Source: the human T2T-CHM13v2.0 reference genome, Homo sapiens
Length of the DNA: 64,000 bases
Assembly (NCBI RefSeq): GCF_009914755.1
Contig: NC_060930.1
Strand: one strand, 5' to 3'
Part shown: positions 40,680 through 57,656 of the stretch, in pieces
Numbering within the stretch: position 1 is the first letter of the stretch
How the letters are laid out: every line of letters starts with the position of its first letter
The notes under the pieces: model-generated
Database searches by the model: none
The model's input: the letters and a program-made list of their open reading frames with translations, nothing else
What the model was told of the DNA's origin: nothing
Position numbers and translations under genes: made by a program

Positions 40680-42195
40680 GCAAAATCAAGTTAAGGATTA
40701 GAGGCATGGGGATGAAGCTGCAGGAGTAGCTGCAAAAGTGAGATATTTGTATAAAACACATTAATATACACCAGAAAGAAGCCCCTATACCAACAGAATT
40801 AAACATCCAGTCACTGTAGCCACCTCAGGGCTTTGGCATTTGGGTCATGAATGGAGTAGCCATGGTGATAGAGAGTGAAGCTATGCACGAGCCCACCAGC
40901 ATAGGCTCCCCCTCACTAAGGCTAATCTACTTTTCCTCCTGTTAATATGTCCAACCTGTCAGGAACAGAGAGAGACCAATGCTAAGTCCCCAGTATAGTA
41001 CCCACCCACAAGGAAACTAATCAGACATTTGGTGGATAAATGATGACATTGAACCCCTTCTACCCTCAAAAGGGCAACATTTTTTTGTGATCAAAATTAA
41101 TATACCTTCTGGATATGTGTTCACCTTTCTTCCTCACAGTGATTCAGCAAGCACTACTACCAAGGTTTCACAGAGTTTTCATCTCCTAATATAATATCCT
41201 ACATATTAATATCCTACATAATACTATCACCTCAGACCAAGGGATCAACTTCACCTTAAAAAAGAAATATAACCATCAAATCAATTAGTCCTACCACATA
41301 ATGCACAGTTGGAAACCACCAGCCTAAGAGAGCAATGAAATAGCCTCTTATAGATACAGCTGAGGTGCCAGCTTGGAGATGCTATCCCCTACAAGCATGG
41401 GGTGCTACCACTCCCCATGTGGTATATATTTTATACCAATTGTCATTTTATGGCGTTGATCCACAATAGGTAGAGAACATGGGTTTAGTAATCAAAGGGG
41501 GATGTAGGAGTGGTCCTGGTCATCATCACTTATTCCTAAAGACTTACTTAGGGAATTTTTGTTTCCTGTCCCCACAGGTTTAGGCTTTGCCAGTCTAGAG
41601 TTTCTGTTTCCCAGAGCATGTATTATTATGCAAGGATACATAGTTACAGTCCCTCTAGATATAAAAATATGTCTGCTGCCTGGTCATTTTGTACCCCTCA
41701 TGCAGTTAGAGCATGAGCAGATAAATGAGCTCCCATACTAGCAGGGGTAATTGATTCTGGTCTTCATGAGGATTTAGGGCTGCTGCTACATAATAGGGAC
41801 AGGGAGAAATATATTTAGCAATCAGTTGGGTGGCTCTTGATAACTTGCATGCACAGTTATAGCTATAAAAGCAGAAATGCAGCTACTAAGGCTTGAAAGG
41901 ACATAGTAACCAGGAACCAGACAACTTATGGGTAAGGGTCTTATTTAGCCTCCTAGGCAAGACATATAAACCAGTATAAAAGCTAGCCAAAGGGAGGAAG
42001 AATCTAATGGAAGAGTGATATATTAAGTATTAATTATGATCTTGAAATCAACTGAAGCTATGGCAACTGTAATTTAATGCTGCTCTTAACAGTTTTCTCA
42101 GAAATTTTGACAAATGAGAATACTAGAGAAGCTGTGTCTGGATGTAGAGAACATAATGTGACCAGCAGGTGGATCTGAGTAGAGCAGGGAGAGGA
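40680..42195 (+). mobile_element. ERV3-16A3/ERV-L-like pol 3' part (RH end, integrase, dUTPase-like)
   Basis: HGDRE..YARAHQHRLPLTKANL..CPTCQEQR zinc-binding region, LLPGHFVPLM..LAGVIDS, and a polypurine tract at ~42181-42194. Confidence 0.85.
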
Positions 42196-42600
42196 TTGTA
42201 GTGGTACTATTGATGTCTGCCCAAATACTCATTAAGGTGAGCAGTACCTATTCCCCAGCTAAAGTGTTGGCTGATAACTCCCACCTACTCCCCTGTCTAA
42301 ATAACTTCCCTCAGCTAAATGAATGCCAATCTGACTGGGTAGCTAACCTTACTCCTCTCCAGGCCCCTGGAGTCGAACTTCGCCAAAGACTGAATTGAAT
42401 GTTCCACTTGCCTCTAGTTTACTAAATCTATTGTACATTTCCCTCCAAATTTCATTGTGGGTTGAGACTAGACACCCCTAAGACCAAATTATTCTTCCCC
42501 TACCATATCCTGCTTCCTTCACTCTCTCCCAAGAGCATTCCCACAATAAACGCATGAGGAAGAATCTCTGTACCAAGTTTTAGGAAATGCAACCTGAAAG
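42196..42600 (+). mobile_element. LTR16C/E-like 3' LTR
   Basis: Starts tgtagtgg right after the PPT; gagcattcccacaataaac near the end. Confidence 0.7.
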
Positions 42601-43021
42601 TCTTTGGAACCAAATCAACACAGGAGACTAAGTGTGAAACCAAAGGCAAATGTAGGCAAACAAGAAGGAAATTTCCTTTATTTTGCACTTTTTTTATGGG
42701 TTTGATGTATGTGTATATATATATATCCAGTGGCACTAACTCTAATATATATCAGTCCTACAAATATATACAAAAATTACTGAAGAAATAAGTGAACTAC
42801 AATCATAGAAACAAACTACTGTAAAAGTAATATGGATACCTTCATTGTATTCAGAATGCTGTTGAGAAATCTTATCAGAGCAACCTCTCCTGGTGTCCAA
42901 ATACTGCTCAGAGATCATCACAATTTCTTTGGTTCGCAATTTCTTTGGTTCTCACATGTGTATTTCTTACAAAGAGAAATGCTCGATCTTTCCCATGCAT
43001 CTTCAATAAATATGCTAATAA

Positions 43022-43341
<320 letters not shown>

Positions 43342-43884
43342 TAGACACAAGAGGCCTTGTCTACTGGCCAATACCCAATATTTGTTCCATGCTATACCCT
43401 GATAAATATCACTATGTCTGGTGTTCTCTTATAGACCCCATATAACAGCTTTCCATTACTTGGTTTTTATATTATATCACAATTAAAGTTGCATGTTAAG
43501 TAAAACACAAGTACAGCTAGCTAGCTATTATTCAACATAGATTTGTGGTACCTATGGATCATAGTATTCTATATAATGAAAAGATGAATTTGATAGATTT
43601 TTTCCATAAAGCATTCTAAGATTATCAAATTTCCATTATAATAAAGTAAAATATGCATAATGGCATTATTACCATTTAGTGTTTTACATTAATGGATTTA
43701 GTTTAGATTCATAAAGCCCTCAATTTAAACTATGTTAAAGATGCTATTGTTAACTTCATTGACTACAGAACTTTAGATGTGTGGTTCCAATTAACAGAAT
43801 GTCAGGTGTCAGATAATTTGCTATGTTATTGTAACTCAATTAAAATAATGAATAATTAGATTCCATAACCAAGCTACAGGTCTG

Positions 43885-44075
43885 GAGAATGAGCAAGAGT
43901 TCTGGCTTCATTCCCAGCTCAGTCAATATCCATTACAAATAAATAATCTCACCTGCCTATTTCATTTTCTCCATCTATAAATCAGAAATGCTAACAGTTA
44001 CCACATTAAGCCCTCAGAGCAAGTTGTAAAGATTAAGAGAGTAATGATTGAAAAGCTGTTTGTAAATCTTCAATC
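43885..44075 (+). mobile_element. MIR SINE fragment
   Basis: ttttctccatctataaaatcagaaatgctaaca...gttgtaaagattaagaga. Confidence 0.6.
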
Positions 44076-45929
44076 TTAAATTATTATTCAAGGGGTTATG
44101 ATTATGTGGTTTCTACTTAAATATAGAACCATATAAAGTCATATTTAATCTTGAAAAACTGAGCAGATGCAAATGCCATTATAACATCCCCTACACACAT
44201 TCATAAATGCTAGCTTTTTTCACATTTCCAAAATATATGTGAAAGATATAATATTATTACAAAAGGTAATAATTTCCATATGTTAGTACAAAGGAAAAAT
44301 GAGAGTAAATTTACCATTTGAAAGTTTGAAGTCACTACCTGATATAAGAAATTTAGTTCTACATAAGTCAAAATCAAAGACTGAATTTAGCATTTGTCTG
44401 TAGAATCAATGTTTTAAACTATCTACCAATAATCCCATATCAGTTCTACTTCTCCTAGAAAAATGTATTCTCGTTTTCATAAAACACTTTAACAAGTCTT
44501 CAAATATATATATTTTATATTCAGGTTCCAAAATATAACATCTCTGACTTCTTTTACTTTGGACCTTGGATCAGCATATCTCTTTACATTCCATTTTTTT
44601 CCTTTCTTATGACAAATTTAAATAAATAACTTTTAGTGATATGGGATACTGATGATCTGATCAACACATTGTAAGTTTTAGATTTAAGTCTTTAATCCAT
44701 TTTGATTTGATTTTTTATATGGAAAGAGATACAGTTGTAGCTTCATTCGTCTACATATACTTATCCAGATTTTCCAGCATCATTTATTAAAGAGATTGTC
44801 CTTTCTTCAATGTGTGATCTTGGCACCTTTGTTGAAAATTAGTTGGCTATAAATGCATATTTTCATTTCTGAATTCTTTATTCTATTCAATTGATCCATG
44901 TGTCTGTTTTTATGAAAGTACCATGCTCTTTGTTTACTATGGCTTTGTAGCATATTTTGAAGTCAGCTAGTGTGATGCCTCCAGATTTGTTCTTTTTGCT
45001 CAGTATTGTTTTATGTATTCGGGGTCATCTGTGGCTCTATACAGATTTTAGGGTTTTTTTTTTCTATTTCTGTGAAGAATATCATTGTTATTTTGATATG
45101 GATTGCATTGAATTTGTAGATTGCTTTAGATGGTATTGACATTCTAACAATATTAATTATTCCAATCTGTGAGCATATCTTTCCATTTACTTGTGTCCTC
45201 TTCAATTTCTTTCATCAGTATTTTATAGTGGTACATGTAGAGATCTTTCACCTCTGCTGTTGAATTTACTGCTAGGTATGTTACATATTTTTGCAGTTAT
45301 TGTAAATGGGATTGCTTTCTTGATTCCTTTTCCAGTTTGTTCACTGTTTGCATTTATAAATGCTGTTATTGATTTTTATATGTTGATTTTGTATCCTGCA
45401 AATTTATTGAATTTGTTCATCCGTTCTGGTTTTTGGTAGTCTTTGTGTTTTTCTAAATATAGCATCATGTCTGCAAACAAGGAAAATGTGACATCTTCCT
45501 TCCCAATTTGGATGCCATTTACTTCTTTCTCTTGCCTAATTGTTCTGGCTAAAACTTCCAGTATTATGATGAACAAAATGATAAAAGTGGACATCTTTGT
45601 CTTGTTCCAGATCTTAGAGAAATCTGGCTTTCAATTTTTTCTCTATGCAGTATGATGTTAACTGGAGGTTTGTGGCCTTTCTTGTTTTGAGGTATGTTCC
45701 TTCTATGCCCAGTTTGTTGAGAGTTCTTATCATAAAGGCATGTTTAATTTTGTTGACTTTTTAATTAAAACATTAAGAGGTCTCTTGAAAAATCATGTGG
45801 CTTTTGTTCTTGATTCTGTTAATGTAATTGTATCACATTTGTTTATTGATTTGTATATGTTGAACCATCCTTGCATTGCTGGGATGAATTCCACTTGATC
45901 GTGGTTAGTGATCCTTTTAACATATCACC

Positions 45930-45965
45930 CGCCTTTCTGCCTCTCTGCCTTCCTTCCTTCCTTCC

Positions 45966-46040
<75 letters not shown>

Positions 46041-46081
46041 CTTTCTTTCTTTCCTTCTTTCTTTCTCTCTCGCTCTTTCTT

Positions 46082-46124
<43 letters not shown>

Positions 46125-46125
46125 T
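45930..46125. repeat. Compound (CTTC)n-(TTTC)n-(TGTC)n STR derived from an Alu tail
   Basis: Direct reading; adjoins the 3' end of an AluJ. Confidence 0.95.
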
Positions 46126-46410
<285 letters not shown>

Positions 46411-46625
46411 TGCTTTTTGTTGTTGTTGTTGTGTCCTTGTCTGGTTTTGGTATGAAGTTTTACAAAGCATAGTCTTTAAAAATATTAGGAAGAGATCTTT
46501 GAAAGGGAATTTGTAAAGATATTACACTAATTGCAGATTTAGATAAAATTAAAGTTTATTAAACTGTGAGAGAATTTTTTATAATGGTAAAAAATTGCAA
46601 CAAACCTAAATAGATGTCAAAAGAG

Positions 46626-46770
46626 TGTGCAAATTGTCAGAATCAAAACAGAATCATGTTAAAATATTGAAAAATGGAGCTGGAGATGGTCATGAAGAAA
46701 GGGTTCTCATGTACAAACTCCTGATGAGAGCTATTACAAAAGACTCTGCTGAACAAAGGCCATCACAACC

Positions 46771-46805
<35 letters not shown>

Positions 46806-47073
46806 ATGTTGAAGAGGACATCTGCCCAGCAACATCCTGTCCAACCTTGAACAGGTACCACCCTTGTTATTGATCCTTGAAGCCAAGAATTATTATCTCA
46901 AAACAATATGTAGTCCTCCTCATTTTTCTTTAAAAATCTTTGTCTTCCTTCACCTTCTTAAATACACACATAATTTACTATGGCTTGTATAGTCCCATTC
47001 TAATGCTTATTCTCAAGTAAATATCATTTTCTTTTAGAGAGTCTCCCCTCTTTACTTGTTATTTAGGTTGACA
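46626..47073 (+). mobile_element. MER65-type ERV1 solo LTR with an internal (CA)n
   Basis: tgtgcaaattgtcagaatcaaaa...gttatttaggttgaca; exact 4-bp TSD agag. Confidence 0.85.
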
Positions 47074-47814
47074 AGAGTAATAGCAAAATAAATTATATTT
47101 TGTACATAATAGAATTACTATGCAGCTACTGTATTGTTGATTTTGTGTAATATTAATACTATAAAAATGCTTAAACATTTTGCGATGTGAAAATGCAGGA
47201 TGCAAAGCTATAATACAAGATATTTCAAAGTAAAAAACTGCTTGTGGAAAAGAACAACTGTAAGAAAATATAACAAAATCACAGAGAAATTATCAGTTTT
47301 ATTTTTATTTTTTATGCATCCTTAGATTTCTCTCAATTTTATTGTCAACCATTCTCCATTTCCTTAATATCTTGGGAAAAATACATCTATGATGAAAGCA
47401 TGTTGACCAAAATTTCTGCTTTAGTTTTGTAATGTCATTTTGACATTAAATTTTTGTATTTCCATTTGAAATTATTTCTTTAGCATCTATTGTCTTAAAA
47501 CTTTAAAAATATTTCTTACCCTCTACTTCAAGAACCATAAGAGTTTTCTAAAATCACCAAAATATTAAAATTGAATGTTAAAAATGAGCTATCCTTTTAT
47601 CTATGACATTTTGCTCCTCATTTCTCTAATAACTTATAAATGAATTAAATTATTCCAGAAATGTGTGTTAACCTTCTATTATATGCCAGTTAAGTTACTG
47701 TATGTCAGAATTACATTCTGCAGTTTTTGGCTCGACTTTATTTAAAATAACTTTGAGGATGTATTTTGGTGTTTTTTTGCATTTTGTCCTATTAATAAAA
47801 TATTGTTTTAATCT

Positions 47815-48370
47815 CAGGGGTTGATACTTACATTGGCTTACTAAGCCTGTATTTCATCCACCTTGTACGTGAAGAGGTTGGAAAGCTAAAACTTAACATT
47901 TTCTGCACTTTCAAGTAGCTCATTTCACTAATTTAATGTACTTCCACAAAAATGGGAAAGTGGAAATGAGGCAGAGGCAATCCTTCTGTGATTCTGGGCT
48001 GTCACCACTAGTGTGGAAGGTCATGGTTTCTCTGTAATAGGTTCCAGTATTCATTTTCAGGAATATGCTCTGATACCTGGTTTGCAGCTTTGTGTGCCCA
48101 TGCTCTAATTTCCCTGTGTGCAGACTGTGTCAAAGCGACCAAAACTTTAGACCTAGACTGGTACAACTTGGGTAGTGACATCAAACATGATAGTTCCCTT
48201 AGTGTGTCAGCTTTATATTATTATTAGAGTCATTCCAAGAACCCTGCCTGGAAACTGCTGATTTACCCCATTCAACAATTTTGCAAAGTATTTAAACTCC
48301 TGTGTTAGTAATATCTTGCTGAAATATCTAGAGTAGTTTTTGTTTCCCACATTAAACCCTGCCTGATTAT
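47815..48370 (+). mobile_element. LTR33-type ERVL LTR
   Basis: gaggttggaaagctaaaacttaacattt...ctagagtagtttttgtttcccacattaaaccctg. Confidence 0.7.
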
Positions 48371-48529
48371 CTCATTCTTTTCTTTAGCTATTTTATCCTT
48401 GATACTCATTAAAATATATTTCAACAAAAATTATAAAGAAGAGAACTCACTATTTTAAAAAAAGTAAGTTCCTCTGTCCTTCTTCATGGGTAAAGATTTT
48501 TTTCTTTCTTTCTTAAAATGTCATTTTAT

Positions 48530-48720
48530 AAATATATATAAATATTACATATATAGTGTGTGTGGAATCATACATATATGTACACATATATATAAAGAGA
48601 GACATATGTGTATGTATATATATACATACACATATATACACGTGTGTGTATATATATGCATACACATATATACACGTGTGTGTATATATATGCATACACA
48701 TACATACACATATATATAGT
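48530..48720. repeat. TA/CA-rich minisatellite with a 34-bp unit
   Basis: catacacatatatacacgtgtgtgtatatatatg at 48625-48658 and 48659-48692. Confidence 0.9.
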
Positions 48721-49133
48721 CTCACACAGTTTCCTGTGGCACAAATATAATAATCCTAAAGACACCCATCTTAATGCAAACAGTTGTATAATTCAAATTT
48801 CTCCCTGTGACATGTGAGAGTTCAATCCCATTGAAAAATTCTTTGTGCTTTCTCTGACCTTTGCAGATTGGTGATTGCTGAATCGTCTACTAAAATATTT
48901 TAGCATCAGTAAATGCAAGTGAACATAAAGTAAATGCCAGCAAGGTACAGAAGGGTATTTTAAACACTCTACATTAATAACATTACTAAAAAGTCAAAGA
49001 TTTTATGCACATAATAAATGTAGAGAGATGGTAGAAAAATTAATAGGCAGGTTAAGCACATATATTGACCAACACATCAATACTTATATGCAAACAAAAT
49101 GTATATTTCTTCTTAAAATTTTAAACCTGTTAG

Positions 49134-49471
<338 letters not shown>

Positions 49472-49593
49472 TTAATCCTCACCACCCATTAATTGTCAGT
49501 TATTCTTTAGAAAGAATAGTAGTCTACATAGTTGACTTATTAAAATAATATTATGCTGTGGTTTGATCAATCAAATTAAGAATTATTTATATA

Positions 49594-49915
<322 letters not shown>

Positions 49916-50047
49916 TCAAACAAAAAAGGAAGTCAAACCCATAAAAGCCAACAATGTAAACATCAACCAGTAGAATTGATGTCAACGTGTATGATAGCAT
50001 TCCAAAAAGAAAAATCGCATTTTAAAATATGTGTCACCAAAACTTAA

Positions 50048-50480
<433 letters not shown>

Positions 50481-50719
50481 ATTTAACTTTTTTAATGATC
50501 TATTTAAATAAACAGAAATTTATTACACTTCATTTATGATTGATTGTTTGATTGCATAGTTACAAACCCAAACTAACTCAAACTAACTTAAGAAAAAAAT
50601 AAGAATAAAAGTTACTTTATGTAATCCAAAAGCAAATTGTGGAATTAAAACTCAGATATAACTAGGGACAAGAAAAGTCAAGAAACAAGTCTACTGTTTT
50701 TAGTGTCACACTTTCCATC

Positions 50720-51015
50720 ATTCCCCCACTGTAGTCTGTTCTATAGTCTATTATCCACAAAGCGACCAGTGTCATAAATAAAATGACACAAATGAAATCA
50801 TGTCCCAGATCCTCCAGAGGCTTCCCATCTCATTAAAATTAGGGCCAAAATTATGGCCATAGCCTATAAGACCTGTGTAGTCATCTCTCTAACCTCATGG
50901 CCCACTCTACTTCAACAATACTGATTTCCTTGCTGTTTCTAGAAAAATTGTGCATGCTTTTGCCTCAAGACCTTTGTGGAAAATGCTCCCTCTTGCTGGT
51001 ATGGTCTTTTCCTAG
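50720..51015 (+). mobile_element. L2 fragment
   Basis: cctccagaggcttcccatctca...tgcttttgcctcaagacctttg. Confidence 0.7.
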
Positions 51016-51021
51016 AAAACT

Positions 51022-51605
<584 letters not shown>

Positions 51606-53066
51606 TATGAATCAAGGATTTTATATCCTGCCAAGTAGTTAACCTTCAAACATAACGACCATAAGAAAGTAGTTATGCAGCTGCAAGAATGTTAGTTTAA
51701 AACCAGTAGGAAGTTACAAAGATGAAATCAGAGCAAAACTCTAATCAAAATCTTCTGCACTTAATTAATATACTATAATGAGAAAAGTCAAATCTAAAAC
51801 TGTTTAAACATATAGAAGTAATTTTATGAGGTCACATCATGGGCTCATGTTTGGCCTACTGTTATTAGCAATAATTCTAAAGCACAGCCTTCAACCCAGG
51901 CAGCCTTGTTGCAATTATAAAAGTATGAGTGATTTAAAAAGAGCCTAGCAGATATTTGGTATGGGAATGGCTCAGCTAAAACCAATACCCATAACTGTAC
52001 AAATAACTCAAGGACCTCTCATCTTTTCTTGGGTCAGTGGCATTTTCTTAATCCATTGATAGTGTCTTAATAGCCTAACAAGTGCTTATATTCTATTATT
52101 CTTCTAATAAAGTCTAGGTTTAAAAAAATACAAGGTGACTTTACTCAGAAAAGTTCACAAATAGGACTAACAGATTAAATCATGTAATAATAAGGCAAAA
52201 TAATATGTAAATAAATATGATTTTTCAGTAGTGACTTTGGATAATGGCGAATTATGAAAATAACAAAACATTCCAAATCCGGGTTAGATTGTTTCTAAAT
52301 ATGTTATAAATTTCCTGTCAGTTTATGTGTCTTATCTTTGCATTCTTTAAAGTCCCCAGTAGTATGCCTGCATTGCAATTGATAATGTTAAATATCAATT
52401 TAACATTTTGATTGAGAGAGTGGAGGAAAGAAGACTTTTAGTCTATAAAATCAATACACCAAAAAATTGCATTTGTTTAAATCAGCAATAAACATAAAAT
52501 GTAATTTTTAAAAAGACAATGTTGACAATAGCCTCAAAAACTATAAGAAATCTGTTACATTATTGTATTTAACAAAATATGGAAGAGCTTGTTAAATAAA
52601 CTTATAAAACTATTTAAAAATCTGAAGAAATGTACATAAATGGAGATGTATCCTATATTTATAGATTAGAAGAATCAATATTGTGATGATGTCAATATTC
52701 CACAGATTTTATCTCTAGATTCAAATAAATTTGACTCAATATCCCATTTTCATAAAGCTTAACAAAATAATTGTGAATTTTATATGTGAGAGCAAAGAGC
52801 TAAGAATAGCCATGACTCTTAAAATGAAAAATGGCAGTGGTATTTTGGAGGGAAGGTATTGCCCTTCAGATGCCCCTGTCAGGGCTAATTATGAGTCTTT
52901 AATAATTTAAAATTGTGATAATTGCACAGAGTTAGAGAAAATAGTAAGATGAGTAGAAAGCCCAGAAACACTAATGCAAATTAGAAACAACAACGTATGA
53001 CAAATATAGCATTATGTATCAATGAAGAAATAACAGACAATCATATGCTAAAACAACAATAATCCA

Positions 53067-53250
53067 AAAAGAAAAGAAAAGAAGGAAAAAGGAAGAAAGA
53101 GAGGGAGTAAGAAAAGGAAAGAAGAAAGGAAGGAAAGAAGGAAGGAAGGGAGGGAGGGAGGAAGGAAGGGAGGGAGGGAGGGATGGAGGGAGAAGGGGAA
53201 GGTGGGAAGGGAAGAAAAAAAAGGAAGGAAGGAAGAAGAAGGAAGAAAAA
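53067..53250. repeat. GA-rich polypurine low-complexity tract
   Basis: (GAAG)/(GGGA) repeats; GGGAGGGAGGGAGGG at 53168-53182. Confidence 0.9.
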
Positions 53251-53728
53251 TCAGATCTCTAACTTGCACCATAGAACACTACCAATCCAAGATAAATTTT
53301 TGATTCAAAGGTAATTACAAGACTTTTAATTTTTTATAAAAAAATAAAATATTTCTGACTTTGACATTGTGAAAAAAGTGATTACCATAAGAAAAAAATA
53401 CCCAGTTGGATCACATTAAAATTGAGAATTTTTATCTTTTAACATTTAAATAAATAGATACCATTAAAAATGAAAAAAGCAAAGCCATAAACTGGCCAAA
53501 AAATATCTGGAACACCTATAAGTCAACCAGTGTTTATTAATTATTTAAGGAACTTCTACAAATAAGAGACAATCTAATATAAATATGTACAAAAGATATA
53601 AAGGCATTTCAGATAATGAAAACATATGTGGTCAATAAACACGGAGTGAGGTTCAACTGCCCTAGTGATCAGGTAAATGCAGATTAATATCATACCAAGA
53701 TACCTTTTTAAACCTAGTACATAAACAA

Positions 53729-54151
53729 TGTTAAAGTGGATTAAAATGGAAACCAGGCCTGAAGAGTCGCTGAGCAAACAAAGCCAGTTAGGCCTCATAA
53801 TTGACCTTAACCTTGCTTAATTTGCAAACGTAAGTGAAACTTGAGCTATTACTGATGAATGCCTATATGAAAGAAAAATGAAACAAGATTAACAAATCAG
53901 AAGCTACTAACTTATAGTTGTATAACTAGGAACTTACAGCAGGATAGACCAAGTGAAACAAGTGTATAACTGTAACTCATCCAATATTTTCTTTACTTTA
54001 ATTCCACATTTGCCCTAGGAAAGCCTTCCCTTGTGTTTCCTTAGTGAAGCCTCCCAAACACTTCTGGTTTGCAGCTGCACTGATTCATGAATTGCCATTT
54101 GCTCAAATAAATGCTTTAAAATTGTATCATGCTTCAGTTTAATTTTTACCA
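53729..54151 (+). mobile_element. MER93-like ERV1 solo LTR
   Basis: tgttaaagtggattaaaatggaaaccaggcctgaagagtc...; TSD acaa/gcaa. Confidence 0.7.
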
Positions 54152-54601
54152 GCAATAAATAGAAACTTTGACAATATCAACTACTTTAGAAGGTATGGAT
54201 CAATAGTGACATGGCTAGTAAACGAGTGAGTTTAAACAACCACTGTGGGAAACAAGTTAACATTACTTTGTAAGGTTGATATTCATTCACCTAATAACCA
54301 GAAATTCTACGTCTAGATATGTGCCATGGGAAACACTTGCTCACATGCATCAGAGTTCATGGACAAGAATGTTCAGAGAAGCACAAATTATAATGTCGAC
54401 AAACTAGATGTAATGCCTACATATATTATACTAGTTTAAATAACATTAGGTTTAGTCCCACAAAGAAATATTATTCAACAATGAAAATAAAATTTAATGA
54501 GTATTTAGATGAAATATTATTTTTGTTATTTAAGAACTCTGTTTGTAAATAGATATTACTTGTTTATCTTAAACGAATATAACCCTAGTTACTAGTTCTT
54601 A

Positions 54602-54927
<326 letters not shown>

Positions 54928-54971
54928 TTTGTTTTAATTGTGTTTGTGTCAATATTCTTGTGCATGGACCA

Positions 54972-55321
54972 TGATAAGGCTTGGCTGTGTCCCCACCCAA
55001 ATCACATCTTGAATTGTGGTTCCCATAATTCCCACCTATCATGGGAGGTAATTGAATCATGGGAGAAGGTCTTTCCCAAGCTGTTCTCATGATAGTGAAT
55101 AAGTCTCATGAGATCTGACGGTTTTATAAATGGGATTTCCCCTGCACAAGCTCTCTTGCCTGCCGCCATGTAAGATGTGGCTTTGCTCCATCTTCTCTTT
55201 CCACCATGATTGTAAGGCCTCCCCAGCCATGTGGAACTGTGAGTAAATTAAACCTCTTTCCTTTATAAATTACTCAGTCTCAGGTATGTCTTTATTAGCA
55301 ATGTGAGAACAGACTAATACA
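54972..55321 (+). mobile_element. THE1 (THE1B/C) solo LTR
   Basis: tgataaggcttggctgtgtccccacccaaatc...gagaacagactaataca. Confidence 0.93.
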
Positions 55322-55423
55322 AACCCTGATGCATATTAGCAAGTGTTTCCTACAGCATATACCTGGATGTGGAATTTCTAGTCATAAGGTGAATGAATAT
55401 CAGCCTTACAAAGTAATGTCAAC

Positions 55424-56716
55424 CCAAAAATAAAGCCACATATCTACAGCCAATTGATCTTTGACAAAGTTGACGAAAACTTACACCTGCAAAAGAACAC
55501 CCTTTTCAATAAATTGTGCTGGGAAAATTGGATTGCCATATACACAAGAATGCAACTGAACCCCTATCTCTCACCATATACAAAAGTCAGTTCAAGATGG
55601 ACTAAAAACTTAAATGTGAGCCCTGAAACTATAAAAGTACTAGAAGAAAACCTAGAGAAAATTAATCTCAATATTGTTCTAGGCAAATAATTAATGACTA
55701 AGACCTCAAAAGCACAGTCAACAAAAAAATAGACAAATGGGACTTAATTACACTAAAAAGCTCTGTACAGCAAAAGAAGTCATCAACAGAGTGAACAACC
55801 TGCAGAATGGGAGAAAATATTTGCAAGCTATGCATACAATAGGGGACTGATGTCCAGAATTTTCAAGGAACACAGACAATAAAAAACAACAACAATAACA
55901 AATAACACCATTAAAAAGTAGGCAGAGGACATGAATAGATATTTTTCAAAAGAAGACACACAAATGACCAACAAGCATATAAAAAAGGCTCAACATCACT
56001 AATTATCAGATAAATACAAATTATAATCATAATGAGATATCATCTTACAATAGTCAGAATGGCTATTATTAAAAAGTCCAAAATTAACAGATGTTGGCAA
56101 GGATGTGGAGAAAAGGGAACAATTATACACTGTTGGTGGGAATATAAATTAGTACAACGTCTGTGGAAAATAGTATGGATATTTCTTATAGAACTACAGT
56201 TCAATCTAGGTATCTCAGTGCTAGGTATCTACTTAAAGGAAAATAAATTATTATATGGAAAAGATAACTGCACTCATGTTTATCACAACACTATTCAGAA
56301 TAGCAAAGATGGATAATCAACCTAAATGTCTATCAGTGGACAACTGGATAAAGAAAATGTAGTATATCTATACAATGAAATACTATTTAGCCATGGAAAA
56401 AGAATAAAATCTTTTGCAGCAACCTGGTTGGAACTGGAGAACCTTGTCTTAAGGAAGCAACTCAGTTAAGAAAGTCAAATACCACATGTTCCCATTTACA
56501 AGTGGAAGCTAAGCAACTTGTAAACGTGGACATACAGAGTGGAATAATAGAGATTGGAGACTCCAAAAGGTGGGATGGGGGAGAGAGATCAGGGATGAGA
56601 AATTACTTGATAGGCACAATAATGGTTACACTAAAAGCCCAGACTTCACCACTATGCAAAATATCCACGTAACAAAACCACACTTGTACCCCTTACATTT
56701 ATACAGAAAAAAAAAA
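55424..56716 (+). mobile_element. L1PB ORF2 3' end and 3' UTR
   Basis: ORF2 peptides IFDKVD..LFNKLCWENWIA and [29 protein letters not shown]; 3' end cactaaaagcccagacttcaccactatgc followed by poly(A). Confidence 0.92.
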
Positions 56717-56844
56717 CAGAAATGTTTATGAAGGAAGCCTCCATTAGCCAAAAATCCTCACCTATTTCACCTAAGGTTTAACAAAGCAGTTTTACATCCT
56801 CTCTTTTACATACACATGTAAGTCAACTTCCCAACCCCTAACAG

Positions 56845-56846
<2 letters not shown>

Positions 56847-56882
<36 letters not shown>

Positions 56883-56883
56883 C
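56847..56883. repeat. (CA)n microsatellite
   Basis: Direct reading of the sequence. Confidence 0.95.
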
Positions 56884-57656
56884 CCCCAGGCACTTTTTCA
56901 GAAATATTTTTGAATGCACAGGGATTTATTTATTTACAAATAAACAAAATTAATGTTAAAAATTGATTATACATCTTGATGAGGGGAGAGTCACAATAAC
57001 AAAGAAAATATACACATAAAAAAAGTGTATGTAGGAATATTGAAATTCATAGGAATATATGAATTTTTACATTTTGAAAGCCATATGAGCCACCACGATA
57101 AACAAGAACAATACATAGCTGAAAGGGGACATAATATATATTTGAAATGAGTCACACGGTTTGTATTCCTTCTGAATGTTTAACTTACAGACTGAGGAGG
57201 GAAGGGTCTCACTTGTAGGACAGAAACAATGTGTCTTAGAAACAATGTTGACAAGAAAAAGCACTTCCCAGATGAGTGAAGAGATTATTCATGTTCATAA
57301 GGCCTAAGAACAAGCGCAACTGGACAAAATATATTTTATGCAGCTAGAAATATGTGTAAACCTAATTTTATGATTAATTTTTAAAGGAAGGTAATAATTA
57401 CCTCTAGCAGAGAGGAATGGAGATCAGATAGAGATGGAACGCATAATTTTATTGGTAATATATGGTGGTTTCATGCAGGGGGAAAAAAGAAAACTGGAAA
57501 AAATTACCCGTGTGAAAAATCTAATAAACTTTTAAATAACCTTTTATTTTAGAAATTATATTTACAGAATTGTTTTAAAGATGTATAAGGAGTTCCCGTA
57601 TATGCTGCACCCAATTTTTCCTATCATCTTACATTAATATAATTCCTAGGTCATAA

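Larger units (their letters stand above)
52420..54500 (+). mobile_element. Old L1ME ORF2 and 3' region, interrupted
   Basis: gaagaatcaatattgtgatgatgtcaat...gcaaagagctaagaatagcc...aaatgcagattaa. Confidence 0.75.

Noticed and set aside
55454-56316. L1 ORF2-like ORFs as active CDS
   Set aside because: They are fragments of a 5'-truncated, mutated L1PB.
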